27,064 nucleotides of DNA from Candidatus Heimdallarchaeota archaeon. GTDB taxonomy: Archaea; Asgardarchaeota; Heimdallarchaeia; JABLTI01. The position numbers and the translations under genes were made by a program. The notes below the pieces were generated by a model that saw only the letters and a program-made list of their open reading frames with translations, was not told the origin of the DNA and searched no databases. The DNA is taken from the NCBI GenBank assembly GCA_019058275.1, contig JAHLVW010000102.1:1-27064 (forward strand), read 5' to 3'. Position 1 is the first letter of the stretch, and every line of letters begins with the position of its first letter. This document shows positions 8,082 to 16,881 of the stretch, in pieces.

Positions 8082-8843
8082 CTATTTCTTCTCTAATTTT
8101 CTTATTTTATCAATTGCTGTTCCAGGCATGACTCCTTTAGGACAAACTGCATTACAAGCAAAGATTTTTTCACATGCTGATACGCTGTTTTCTTGCATTG
8201 CTTTGTCGTAAATGACTTTTCTGTGTTCATTAGAAACTCGAGTATCATCAATAAAACGAAATGCTTTTGCTAATGCTGGAGGTCCTAAATAATTCTTGTT
8301 TTTTCCTGAAACTGGACAAGTCCAACATAAACCACATAAAATGCAATAAACTAGTTGTTCTATTCTTCTCGCATCTTCAAAAGTTTGACTAGACTCTGGA
8401 GCAACGTCAGTGATTTCTCTGTCAAAGTAAGGCTTCACTTCTCTGTAAAATATCCAGAATGGTTTCATATCAACAATTAAATCCTTAATGATTGTCATGT
8501 TTGGTAAAGGTTCAATTAATATTTCATTTTCTTTGTCCCAATCAGATAGCTCTCCGAAGATTAACTCTGGAACTCTGGCATGTTTCTTTAGTTCAATTGG
8601 ATCAACTTGTGTTTTGCATGCAAGTTGTGGGAACTTGTTAATCGTCAATCCGCATGATCCACAAATAGCACCTCGACATGAATACCTAAATGCCAAAGTG
8701 TGATCATAATAGTCTTGAATATAAAATAAAGCATCTAATACTGTCATACCCGGAGTTAAAGGTACTTTATAGCGCTCATATTTTGGTTTGGATTTTGGAT
8801 CAGATTGTCTATAAATTATGATTGTTTTTTCCTTTATTGTCAA
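8082..8843 (-). CDS. sdhB: Succinate dehydrogenase/fumarate reductase iron-sulfur subunit
   Basis: FRYSCRGAICGSCG...LAC (2Fe-2S), IEPL..MTIIKDLIVD, CILCGLCWTCP, and CEKIFACNAVCPKG. Confidence 0.95.
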   Translation of the reverse strand: MTIKEKTIIIYRQSDPKSKPKYERYKVPLTPGMTVLDALFYIQDYYDHTLAFRYSCRGAICGSCGLTINKFPQLACKTQVDPIELKKHARVPELIFGELSDWDKENEILIEPLPNMTIIKDLIVDMKPFWIFYREVKPYFDREITDVAPESSQTFEDARRIEQLVYCILCGLCWTCPVSGKNKNYLGPPALAKAFRFIDDTRVSNEHRKVIYDKAMQENSVSACEKIFACNAVCPKGVMPGTAIDKIRKLEKK

Positions 8844-10556
8844 CTAATATGCACGCTCCTTAACTTCAAAAATACCCAGAGTTACTGGTTTCGTTCCCAT
8901 AATTAATCCTTCTTTTTTCTGTAAAACAAGTGAGTGAACTAAAAATTGTTCGTCATCCCTCTTAGGATAGTCTGTTCGGAAATGAGCACCTCTGCTTTCT
9001 TTTCTCCACAAAGCAGCGAATGCTGTTACTTCAGCTATATCTACCATATTACGAAGTTCTAATGCTCTAATTAAACCATAATTGAATTTTCTGTCATCTG
9101 TCTCAATACTCATAGATTTGAAGTCCTTCTGTACTTTTTGTAGGTCATTAACTGCTTTCAGCAAGTTTTCTTCAACTCGGTAAACACCAACATTCACATC
9201 CATGGTATTTTTCATAGCTGTCCTGATTTCTACAGGTTTTTTACCAGTATTAGAATTCCAAGTTTTGAAAAGATCCTCAATTATGCCAAGAGCATTTTCC
9301 ACAACTTTTTTAACATCTCCTTGAGCAAGTGTTTTTTGCTTTCCTTTCTTCAGAATAGCTCTTCCAACATATCTACCAAAAACAACTGTTTCAAGAAGCG
9401 AGTTTCCACCTAATCTATTTGCACCATGAACGGAGACACAAGATGTCTCTCCAATTGAATAAAGACCATTTAATGGTGTTTCACCAAAATCTCCTTTATA
9501 TTTTGAAGCGATACCTCCCATTGAATAATGCTGTCCTGGTTGAACAGGTATCGGTTTTTCTATTGGATCAACTCCGGCAAAATACATGGAAATTTCTCTT
9601 ATTCCGGGTAATCTTTCCATTATTTTTTCTCGACCGAGATGTGTTAAATCTAAATGAACATAACTATTTTCAAATCCTCGTCCTTCCATGATTTCAGTTT
9701 CTATAGCTCGTGCAACAATATCTCGAGGAGCTAATTCCATAGCTTTTGAAGCGACTTTTTTCATAAAGCGTTCTCCCTCTGTATTATACAGCAATCCACC
9801 TTCTCCACGGGCACCTTCAGTCATCAAAATATTAGTACCATAGAGAGTTGTAGGATGAAACTGTACAAATTCACAATCCTGCATTGGAATGCCTGCTCGA
9901 AATGCAGCACCCAATCCATCACCAGTATTTATAATAGCATTTGTTGAACGTTGGTAGATTCGACCAAAACCACCTGTCGCTAATACAACCATTTCTGATC
10001 GAAAGACAACAAGTTCTCCTGTAGCTATATCCATAGCTATTAAACCAGAAACATTGTTCCCTACTTTTATCAAATCTATCAAGAAATACTCATCATAGAA
10101 TTTTACTCCTTTACGAACACATTGTTCATAAACTGTATGCAGTAATGCGTGCCCTGTTCTATCACCTGCATAACAGGTTCTTGGAAATCCTGCCCCACCA
10201 AAAGGTCTTTGGGCAATTAAACCTGAATCGAGTCTAGAAAAGGGAGCACCCATGCTTTCTAATTCTATGACAATTTTTGGAGCTTCTTCAGCTAGAAGCA
10301 TTACAGCGTCCTGATCAGCTAAATAATCTGAACCATAGACAGTATCGTAAGCGTGATTTTTAGCTGAATCTTCTTTACCTGCTTCAGTATTACCCAAAGA
10401 AGCATTAATTCCTCCTTGAGCTGCTCCGGAATGACTTCTTAAAGGATAAACCTTGCTTATCACTGCAGTACTCATTTTATCTACTAGTTCAATAGCAACT
10501 CTTAACCCACTTAATCCGCCACCCACTATTAAAGCATTAAATTCTTCCACTTTCAA
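8844..10556 (-). CDS. sdhA: Succinate dehydrogenase/fumarate reductase flavoprotein subunit
   Basis: GGGLSG FAD-binding motif, [10 protein letters not shown] (covalent FAD His), [43 protein letters not shown] and ESRGAH. Confidence 0.96.
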   Translation of the reverse strand: MKVEEFNALIVGGGLSGLRVAIELVDKMSTAVISKVYPLRSHSGAAQGGINASLGNTEAGKEDSAKNHAYDTVYGSDYLADQDAVMLLAEEAPKIVIELESMGAPFSRLDSGLIAQRPFGGAGFPRTCYAGDRTGHALLHTVYEQCVRKGVKFYDEYFLIDLIKVGNNVSGLIAMDIATGELVVFRSEMVVLATGGFGRIYQRSTNAIINTGDGLGAAFRAGIPMQDCEFVQFHPTTLYGTNILMTEGARGEGGLLYNTEGERFMKKVASKAMELAPRDIVARAIETEIMEGRGFENSYVHLDLTHLGREKIMERLPGIREISMYFAGVDPIEKPIPVQPGQHYSMGGIASKYKGDFGETPLNGLYSIGETSCVSVHGANRLGGNSLLETVVFGRYVGRAILKKGKQKTLAQGDVKKVVENALGIIEDLFKTWNSNTGKKPVEIRTAMKNTMDVNVGVYRVEENLLKAVNDLQKVQKDFKSMSIETDDRKFNYGLIRALELRNMVDIAEVTAFAALWRKESRGAHFRTDYPKRDDEQFLVHSLVLQKKEGLIMGTKPVTLGIFEVKERAY

Positions 10557-10719
10557 AGATTCAAATCAACCAATTATTCACTAAAACCTAGTCAAAGATA
10601 AGAGTTATCTAATAAATGTTTATCCGCTTAATTTTTTAAGATAACATTTTATATTGAAAACATTTAGGTAGGTAGCTTTATTTACAATTTTATTTCAGAT
10701 TAGTTCAAGAAAAAAATGG

Positions 10720-10974
10720 ATGATTTTGATGTTAAAAGAAATAATTTTTGTTTCAGCACCTTTATGTCCAAAATGTGTTAGAATTAAACGTTGGTTAAGG
10801 GAGTTAGAAAAAACTAATCCGGAAATTAATATCAGTAGGTTAAATATTGCATTAAAAACTAAGGAAATTAAGCCACTTAAAATAAAGACAATTCCAACGT
10901 TAATTGTTGGAGAAATGCGATTAGATGGTTGGATAAAAGAAGAAGAATTCCAAGAAGCATTGAGAAAATTGTAG
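10720..10974 (+). CDS. Thioredoxin/glutaredoxin-like protein
   Basis: SAPLCPKC CxxC motif and IKTIPTLIV cis-Pro loop. Alternative start ATG 10729. Confidence 0.85.
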   Translation: MILMLKEIIFVSAPLCPKCVRIKRWLRELEKTNPEINISRLNIALKTKEIKPLKIKTIPTLIVGEMRLDGWIKEEEFQEALRKL

Positions 10975-11005
10975 AAAAAAATAATAGGTAACTGGTGAAA
11001 GGTCA

Positions 11006-11971
11006 TTAGTACCTATCAGCAGAACCTAATACATTCTTATTTTTATGAATTAGTAACTTCTTTAATTCCTCTCGAGCAGGACCAAAGTATTTTCTAGGAT
11101 CAAATACACCTTTTTGCTCCGCTAAAACCTTTCTAATCATGGCTGTTACGACAAGACGTCCATCTGAATCGATATTTATTTTACAAACATTCATTGCAGC
11201 AGCTTTTCTTAATTGGTCTTCAGGAACACCCACAGCTCCACTAAGGTCACCACCGAATTTGTTAACCATTTCAACGTATTCTTGTGGAACAGATGAACTA
11301 CCATGCAAAACAATTGGAAAACCTGGCAATTTCTTCTGAATCTCTTCTAATATGTCAAATCTTAAAGGTGGTATTGGTTTTCCTGGTTTAAACTTGTAAG
11401 CACCATGTGATGTACCAATTGAAATCGCTAAACTATCACAACCAGTTCTGTTTACAAAATCCTCTACTTCTTCTGGTTTAGTATAGTGAGATTTTTCAGA
11501 AGAAACATGTTCTTCAATGCCAGCTAAGACACCGAGTTCAGCTTCAACTGTAACATCGATTTGGTGAGCATATTCGACTACTTGTTTAGTTATTTTGATG
11601 TTTTCTTCATAAGGATGATGTGAACCATCATACATAACTGATGAAAAACCCATATCAACACATGATTTGCACAATTCAAAGGAGTCTCCATGATCAAGAT
11701 GAAGAGCCATTGGTATGTTTCCACCAAGTTCTTTCATATATTCAACTGCACCTTCAGCCATATATCGCAGCAAAGTTTGGTTTGCGTATTTTCGAGCCCC
11801 CTTAGATACTTGAAGAATTACTGGAGAACGTGACTCCACACAAGCCATTACTATAGCTTGTAATTGCTCCATATTGTTAAAATTATAAGCTGGTATTCCA
11901 TAGCCATTTTCCATAGCATGTTTGAACATTTCACGAGTGTTTACAAATCCTATATCTTTGTAATGAACCAT
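11006..11971 (-). CDS. fba: Fructose-1,6-bisphosphate aldolase class II
   Basis: PAYNFNNMEQ, LHLDHG, FSSVMYDGSH, VEAELG, LAISIGTSHGAYK, VLHGSS, KINIDSD and FDPRKY. Confidence 0.96.
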   Translation of the reverse strand: MVHYKDIGFVNTREMFKHAMENGYGIPAYNFNNMEQLQAIVMACVESRSPVILQVSKGARKYANQTLLRYMAEGAVEYMKELGGNIPMALHLDHGDSFELCKSCVDMGFSSVMYDGSHHPYEENIKITKQVVEYAHQIDVTVEAELGVLAGIEEHVSSEKSHYTKPEEVEDFVNRTGCDSLAISIGTSHGAYKFKPGKPIPPLRFDILEEIQKKLPGFPIVLHGSSSVPQEYVEMVNKFGGDLSGAVGVPEDQLRKAAAMNVCKINIDSDGRLVVTAMIRKVLAEQKGVFDPRKYFGPAREELKKLLIHKNKNVLGSADRY

Positions 11972-12058
11972 TATTTATTCCCTTCGAGTATTACTTTGTT
12001 TGTTTATTAGAATGATACCTATTGAGCTTATTTTATCACTATAAAATAATAAATTTTT

Positions 12059-12627
12059 TTATTTTTGTTTCTGACCCATTTTCTTAATTATAGCCAGATA
12101 CTTGTTTAAACGTTTCTCAGATTTTCTTCTTAAGCGTGCAAAGAAAGTCATACGAATAGGTCGCATACCAAATAATCTTAGATTGTACCATAATGCAGTT
12201 GTTCCTGGTGAAAATAACAAAGATAAACTAATCTATAATTACCCATAGTAACTACAAAACGAGAGCTCCTTCCTTTTAGAAGGCTATCCCAAAGAAATTT
12301 TCCTGTAAGTTTGAATGCAAATCCAGGGATAAACACTCGGTCAATAAACTCTTTCATGATTGCAGGATATATTCCCCACCAAATTGGAAAGAATCAAACA
12401 ATGTGATCAGCCCATTTAATCTGTGTTTGAGCTTTAATCAAATCAAGCTCAAGTTTTTGATCAATTTTATAACCCAATCTTAAGTTTATATCAAAAGATA
12501 AATCGCTAATGTTGATTTTGACTACTGCTCCAGATTCTTTAGCTCCAAGAATATAAGCATCTACCAAAGCATTACAGAAGCTTTTCTTGTCTGGATGTCA
12601 GAGCAAAACTAAAATTCGTTTAGACGT
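12059..12627 (-). pseudogene. Disrupted NAD(P)H-dependent oxidoreductase (flavodoxin-like fold, MdaB/NQO-type)
   Basis: Own translation: (ACG)SKRILVLL*HPDKKSFCNAL...WADHIV*FFPIWWGIYPAIMKEFIDRVFIPGFAF...LLKGRS..VVTMG, then a frameshift near 12215-12235, then LRLFGMRPIR...MGQKQK*. In-frame TGA at 12598-12600 and 12394-12396; the start codon reads ACG. Confidence 0.9.
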
Positions 12628-12871
12628 TGTTTATCCCATTAACCATAATTTTCCTATGTTAATTCAAAACATTTCTTGAACTTAAATTTAACTTCTAACA
12701 AAATTTCTCTTCTTTTGATGATTATTTTTAATTTGTATACTCCAAACTTATAAGCTGTAGAATTTTCTTCAGATTCTATATTTGAAAAAAAACTTTCCAA
12801 ATATAATTTTTGCTCTAATTTTGTCAACTTTGAATCTGTTTATAAGAAGTTAATGATAGTGGATTAATTCC

Positions 12872-13558
12872 CTATTCTTCGGGAACACCAAATCCACCAT
12901 AGAGTGTAAGTTGAAAGATTACTGCTAAGGATATCAAGATGATTGAATTTACTAAGAGAATCGTTAATAATCCACCTCTCATAACGAATGATTTCATATG
13001 GTAGAATTCATCTTCATCTTCCTCTTCGAGTTCATATATGTATTCTTCTTCTTCTTCAAAATCCTCATCGTCCTCATATTGTTCCTCATCTATTTCCTCA
13101 ATATCTGGATCTTTATCGTATTGATATTCATCTTCTTCATCATCAAGGAACTCATGTTTTGCTTTAGCTGCTTTTTCAGCTTTTTGTTCTTTGATGTATT
13201 GTTTATAGATTCGAGATTTTTTGGATTCTCTTCTCAGCATCCTATAAACAAATACATTACGATATAACATATCTCCAACAACAACTAGACCAAAAACGCA
13301 CATTCCAATAATAGCTATTATTGCTGTAGGGTTTATATTTTCAGAAAATCCTACATAATGATCAACTAGAATAATAATACCAGCAATTATCAAAGCTGGA
13401 GCGATCATTAATATTATTCGCAACCACTTTGGTAATTTTACAAGTGGTTGAAATCTATCATCATCTTTGAACTTAATCTTTAATTCTTCTTCAGTTAATT
13501 CCTCATTGTTTTCATTGAGAGTTTCTTCATTAACTGTTTCGTTTTCATTAGTTGTCAC
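12872..13558 (-). CDS. Hypothetical membrane protein (3 predicted TM helices) with basic-then-hyperacidic loop
   Basis: GTG start after GGTGAT. Three hydrophobic stretches; loop DDEEDEYQYDKDPDIEEIDEEQYEDDEDFEEEEEYIYELEEEDEDEF. Confidence 0.8.
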   Translation of the reverse strand: MTTNENETVNEETLNENNEELTEEELKIKFKDDDRFQPLVKLPKWLRIILMIAPALIIAGIIILVDHYVGFSENINPTAIIAIIGMCVFGLVVVGDMLYRNVFVYRMLRRESKKSRIYKQYIKEQKAEKAAKAKHEFLDDEEDEYQYDKDPDIEEIDEEQYEDDEDFEEEEEYIYELEEEDEDEFYHMKSFVMRGGLLTILLVNSIILISLAVIFQLTLYGGFGVPEE

Positions 13559-13767
13559 TGAAAATCACCATAGTTGTAAAAGAAAGTATACATAGTATAT
13601 CTAAAAGCATTATCAAATATATGCTAATATAAAAAAAGTAAGACTGATAAAAATTATTAGAAATTGGCACAAAAATAATCTTTATCAACTATAAACAACA
13701 TTCTTACTTGTTCTAAATTAAGAGCTAGTGGGATATTATACTAATTTCAAAAAGGAGAATATCATAC

Positions 13768-14778
13768 TTGCCAACAATTGGATTCGTAGGCATCGATAAT
13801 GCTGGAAAAACAACCATTATTGATGTTTTTACGAAGCATAAATTAACGAAAACCATACCAACTGTAGGTGTTAATCTTGAGCAAGTGAGCTTCTCAGAAA
13901 TTGGATTTGATGTTTCAATTTTGGATATGGGAGGGCAAAAAAACTTTCGACTTCTATGGGTAGACTATTTGAATACTGTAGATCTCATTCTCTATGTAGT
14001 TGATTCTAGTGATCATGAGCGATTAGATGAATCTATGAAAGAATTTCAAAATATGTTAGTATTAACAGAAGCAAATGCAGCTCCAATTCTAGTTTTAATA
14101 AACAAAATTGATTTACCAAACACTATGGGTGCAATAGAAATAGGACACAAGCTTTCTTCTATTTCTGAGCTCATGAAAAGAGATTGGAATATAATTGAAA
14201 CCAGCGCTGTTACTACAAAAGGTTTGGTAGAGATGTTTAAATGGACATATTCCAAACTAACGAAGAAAACGTTAGTTTTTGAAGTTGACTATAAGGAAAT
14301 CGCTGATAAGAAATATTACAATACATGTCCTTTATTACTTAATCTTGCTGATGGTAGTTATTGCATTAATCATGATAATTTTACTCCTATTAAGGTTGTA
14401 CCTTTGGAAAATCTATTTGCTGAAAACATTGAGAATCCTGAACAAGTCATAAAGGAAACAATTGAGGAATTTGAAACCGTTGGAAGAATGGTTTGTTTTA
14501 ACAGTATTTTCGTATCTGATGAAAGTGAAAATATTAGATGTGCTACTGATACAACAGAATTAATGGTTGAGGGAACTACTGCAAGTAATGATGAATATAT
14601 TGATTCTTACAATATGATGCATCTAACTGGTGGAATCATGTGTTCAGAATGTCTTTACAAGATACTTTTCTCAGTCTTAAAACGAAAGATAAAAGCTGGT
14701 TTTGAACCTAATGTAGCTGACATTGAGAGTATCAAAGCTGATGAAGCTAGAAGGAAAACAGATTTGAGCAAATGCTAA
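13768..14778 (+). CDS. Arf-family small GTPase with Cys-rich C-terminal domain
   Basis: G1 GIDNAGKTT, G2 TIPTVGVN, G3 DMGGQ, FRLLW..Y, YVVDSSD..R, G4 NKID and G5 SAV, followed by about 170 extra residues. TTG start after AAGGAG. Confidence 0.92.
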   Translation: MPTIGFVGIDNAGKTTIIDVFTKHKLTKTIPTVGVNLEQVSFSEIGFDVSILDMGGQKNFRLLWVDYLNTVDLILYVVDSSDHERLDESMKEFQNMLVLTEANAAPILVLINKIDLPNTMGAIEIGHKLSSISELMKRDWNIIETSAVTTKGLVEMFKWTYSKLTKKTLVFEVDYKEIADKKYYNTCPLLLNLADGSYCINHDNFTPIKVVPLENLFAENIENPEQVIKETIEEFETVGRMVCFNSIFVSDESENIRCATDTTELMVEGTTASNDEYIDSYNMMHLTGGIMCSECLYKILFSVLKRKIKAGFEPNVADIESIKADEARRKTDLSKC

Positions 14779-14794
14779 GATAAGAATTTTAGAA

Positions 14795-16678
14795 TCATTT
14801 TATTTTCGAAGGCATTTTAGAGATTGCTTGATTATATGCTTGTTTGTACTCTTTGATAATATTTCGCCAACTATACAATTCCGATATTTCTCTTGCTGTT
14901 CTTCTTGCATTTTTGACTTGTTTTGGTGAAAGCTTTGAGTGCTTAATTATTACTTCAGCTAAATCTTCTGCTGCTTGCTCATTTGTCCTTCCTTTTCTTT
15001 TTAAAACATAAATCCCTAAAGCATCATCCTTGAGTTGTTCATTAACCAGCAAACCAAAGCCAGAAAGATCGGTTGTTATTGCTGGAACACCTAAAGCAAG
15101 AGCTTCTAATGGTGTTAATCCATATGGTTCATATACAGAGGGATATACTCCTAAATCACAACCAGCAACTGCATCATAATAATTTAGATTCAATAATTGA
15201 TCATCTTCAGAGAGATAAACAGGATAGAATACCACTTTAATATGGTCATCTGGTTTATTGACCAGATTTAGCTCTAGAAGTGTTTGATAGATTGTATCTC
15301 GTTCATTATGATTAAATGGACAAATTGGTGGATACTCATCCTTAGTTTTTTTAGGCATCTTTTTAGCAATTTTGTTGATCTCATTTATTTCAGATTCGTT
15401 AAAGAAATCAGATAATGTTTTTGAACCTAAATGCTTATCAAAATCTGATTTTAAGTGAGATATCCATTCTTCCATTCTAAACAAAGGTGATTGGATTATT
15501 TCTCGTTGTTGTTTTACTAGTTGAAAAGTCTCGAGAATATCGGGTTTTATACCAGATACAGGTGCTGGAACCCAAATGAATGTCAATATATCCTTTTGCG
15601 TTCCACTTTTCTTTAAATGATTGTTTACAAGTTGTAAAGAGCTAAGAAATACATCTATACCTTTGTTATGAAATTCATATCTACCTGAAATATGAATGAT
15701 AAGCAGATTTTCTAAGTTTAAAGTATAATAAGGGTTGAAATAGGCTTCAGCAAATCGAGCAATTCTCAATCTAGCACTTTGATGTTTTGAAACTAATTCC
15801 TCTAATTTAGATAAACTTTCTAAATTAATTCCATTAGGAATAATGAAATCAGCTCTTATTCCAAGGATACCCTCAGTCTCTCGAGCAACAGCTTCAGATA
15901 CAGTTATTAATGCATCAGCTTCTTTGGCACAAATTACTTCAATTTGATGTGTTCCTTCTACATGGTATTGATATGCTTTTTGTGGAGGGATTGTTTCTCC
16001 CTTTGTTAGAAGCTCATCAAGGATTTTATTGATGTCTTCCTCACCCATAGCTATATTACGTCCCAACTGTGTTGCATGCGTCATGAACACCGTAGCAATG
16101 TCAACCAAAGTTCGTTTGAGGTATAACAATCCTGGACCAGATGTCCACTCATGAAAATGAGCAACTATTTTCTTGTCTTTGAATCTTGATGTCTCAACAA
16201 GATTAGAGATTAAGACACCAGCAGCCCACCCAAAAGCTACCATTGGGTCGAAAACTTCAGGCATCCATAATGAATCTATGTTAAACCAATCCCATAAAAC
16301 ACCTTTGATTTCATCTATTTTTCTATCAGATTTACCTGTTACTAATGGAACATCTAGCAAGTAAGAAGGATCAACTAATATTGTCTCAACTGCTCCCCCA
16401 CCTTTCCACCTACCATATTTAACTTCAATGCTTTCAGCGCGAACTGCATTAAATGCTTCTTCAAATTCCTTAGGGGATTCCAATTCTTCAAAATCATTCT
16501 TTGCTTTGAAAGCATTGTATAATCCTATAGCGATGTAATTACCTGGTCCCATTAATCGTTGCATTTCAGGAGCTTTGGATGCTATTACAGTGTAAATGCC
16601 ACCAATTTTATTTGCAATTTCATTTGAAACTTCAAAAACAATCTGACATTCATCTAATCCTTCTTGCTTAGTAGGCAT
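14795..16678 (-). CDS. Glycogen synthase, GT3 (fungal/animal-type) family
   Basis: FEVSNEIANKIGGIYTV, HFHEW, FMTHATQLGR, ITVSE, PNG, GRYEFHNKGID, KVVFYPVYL, and GCDLGVYPSVYEPYGLTPLE. Confidence 0.92.
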   Translation of the reverse strand: MPTKQEGLDECQIVFEVSNEIANKIGGIYTVIASKAPEMQRLMGPGNYIAIGLYNAFKAKNDFEELESPKEFEEAFNAVRAESIEVKYGRWKGGGAVETILVDPSYLLDVPLVTGKSDRKIDEIKGVLWDWFNIDSLWMPEVFDPMVAFGWAAGVLISNLVETSRFKDKKIVAHFHEWTSGPGLLYLKRTLVDIATVFMTHATQLGRNIAMGEEDINKILDELLTKGETIPPQKAYQYHVEGTHQIEVICAKEADALITVSEAVARETEGILGIRADFIIPNGINLESLSKLEELVSKHQSARLRIARFAEAYFNPYYTLNLENLLIIHISGRYEFHNKGIDVFLSSLQLVNNHLKKSGTQKDILTFIWVPAPVSGIKPDILETFQLVKQQREIIQSPLFRMEEWISHLKSDFDKHLGSKTLSDFFNESEINEINKIAKKMPKKTKDEYPPICPFNHNERDTIYQTLLELNLVNKPDDHIKVVFYPVYLSEDDQLLNLNYYDAVAGCDLGVYPSVYEPYGLTPLEALALGVPAITTDLSGFGLLVNEQLKDDALGIYVLKRKGRTNEQAAEDLAEVIIKHSKLSPKQVKNARRTAREISELYSWRNIIKEYKQAYNQAISKMPSKIK

Positions 16679-16881
16679 TGTCCTTCACATACAATTAGCT
16701 TTTACAGGGAACTAGCTATGTTCTGCATTAATCGATAAAACATAATGAGTATAAAAAGAATTGCAAGTGACAACTATTAGAAATTTTATGGATGTTGGGG
16801 ATAAAATTTTAAGGTAAGTAATACAGATTTTTTTCAATCAAAATAAAAATATCAAAAAAAATTGTCTCGAGGGACGTTCAT

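Noticed and set aside
12394-12600. Two in-frame TGA codons as selenocysteine or alternative genetic code
   Set aside because: They fall at positions expected to be different residues (Gly and probably Trp), neither Cys. The gene also has a lost start and a frameshift, and TGA ends several intact genes in the window.
12628-12871. Longest non-coding gap as a possible tRNA, ncRNA or IS remnant
   Set aside because: It is very AT-rich, with no cloverleaf, no T-loop motif, no terminal inverted repeats with target duplication and no transposase fragment. Only weak hairpins are present.
13005-13145. TCT/TCA-rich low-complexity tract as tandem repeat or CRISPR-like array
   Set aside because: It is explained by poly-Glu/Asp codons; there is no constant repeat unit with spacers.
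12998-13267. Phe/Ile/Leu-rich 89-aa ORF that looks like a membrane peptide
   Set aside because: It is the reverse complement of the GAA/GAT-rich acidic loop of the gene on the opposite strand.
16696-16723. GAAC-N7-GTTC and TAGCT/AGCTA inverted repeats upstream of glycogen synthase as a LexA-like box or riboswitch
   Set aside because: The spacing does not fit the GAAC-N4-GTTC box, and the stems are too short to support a structured RNA call.
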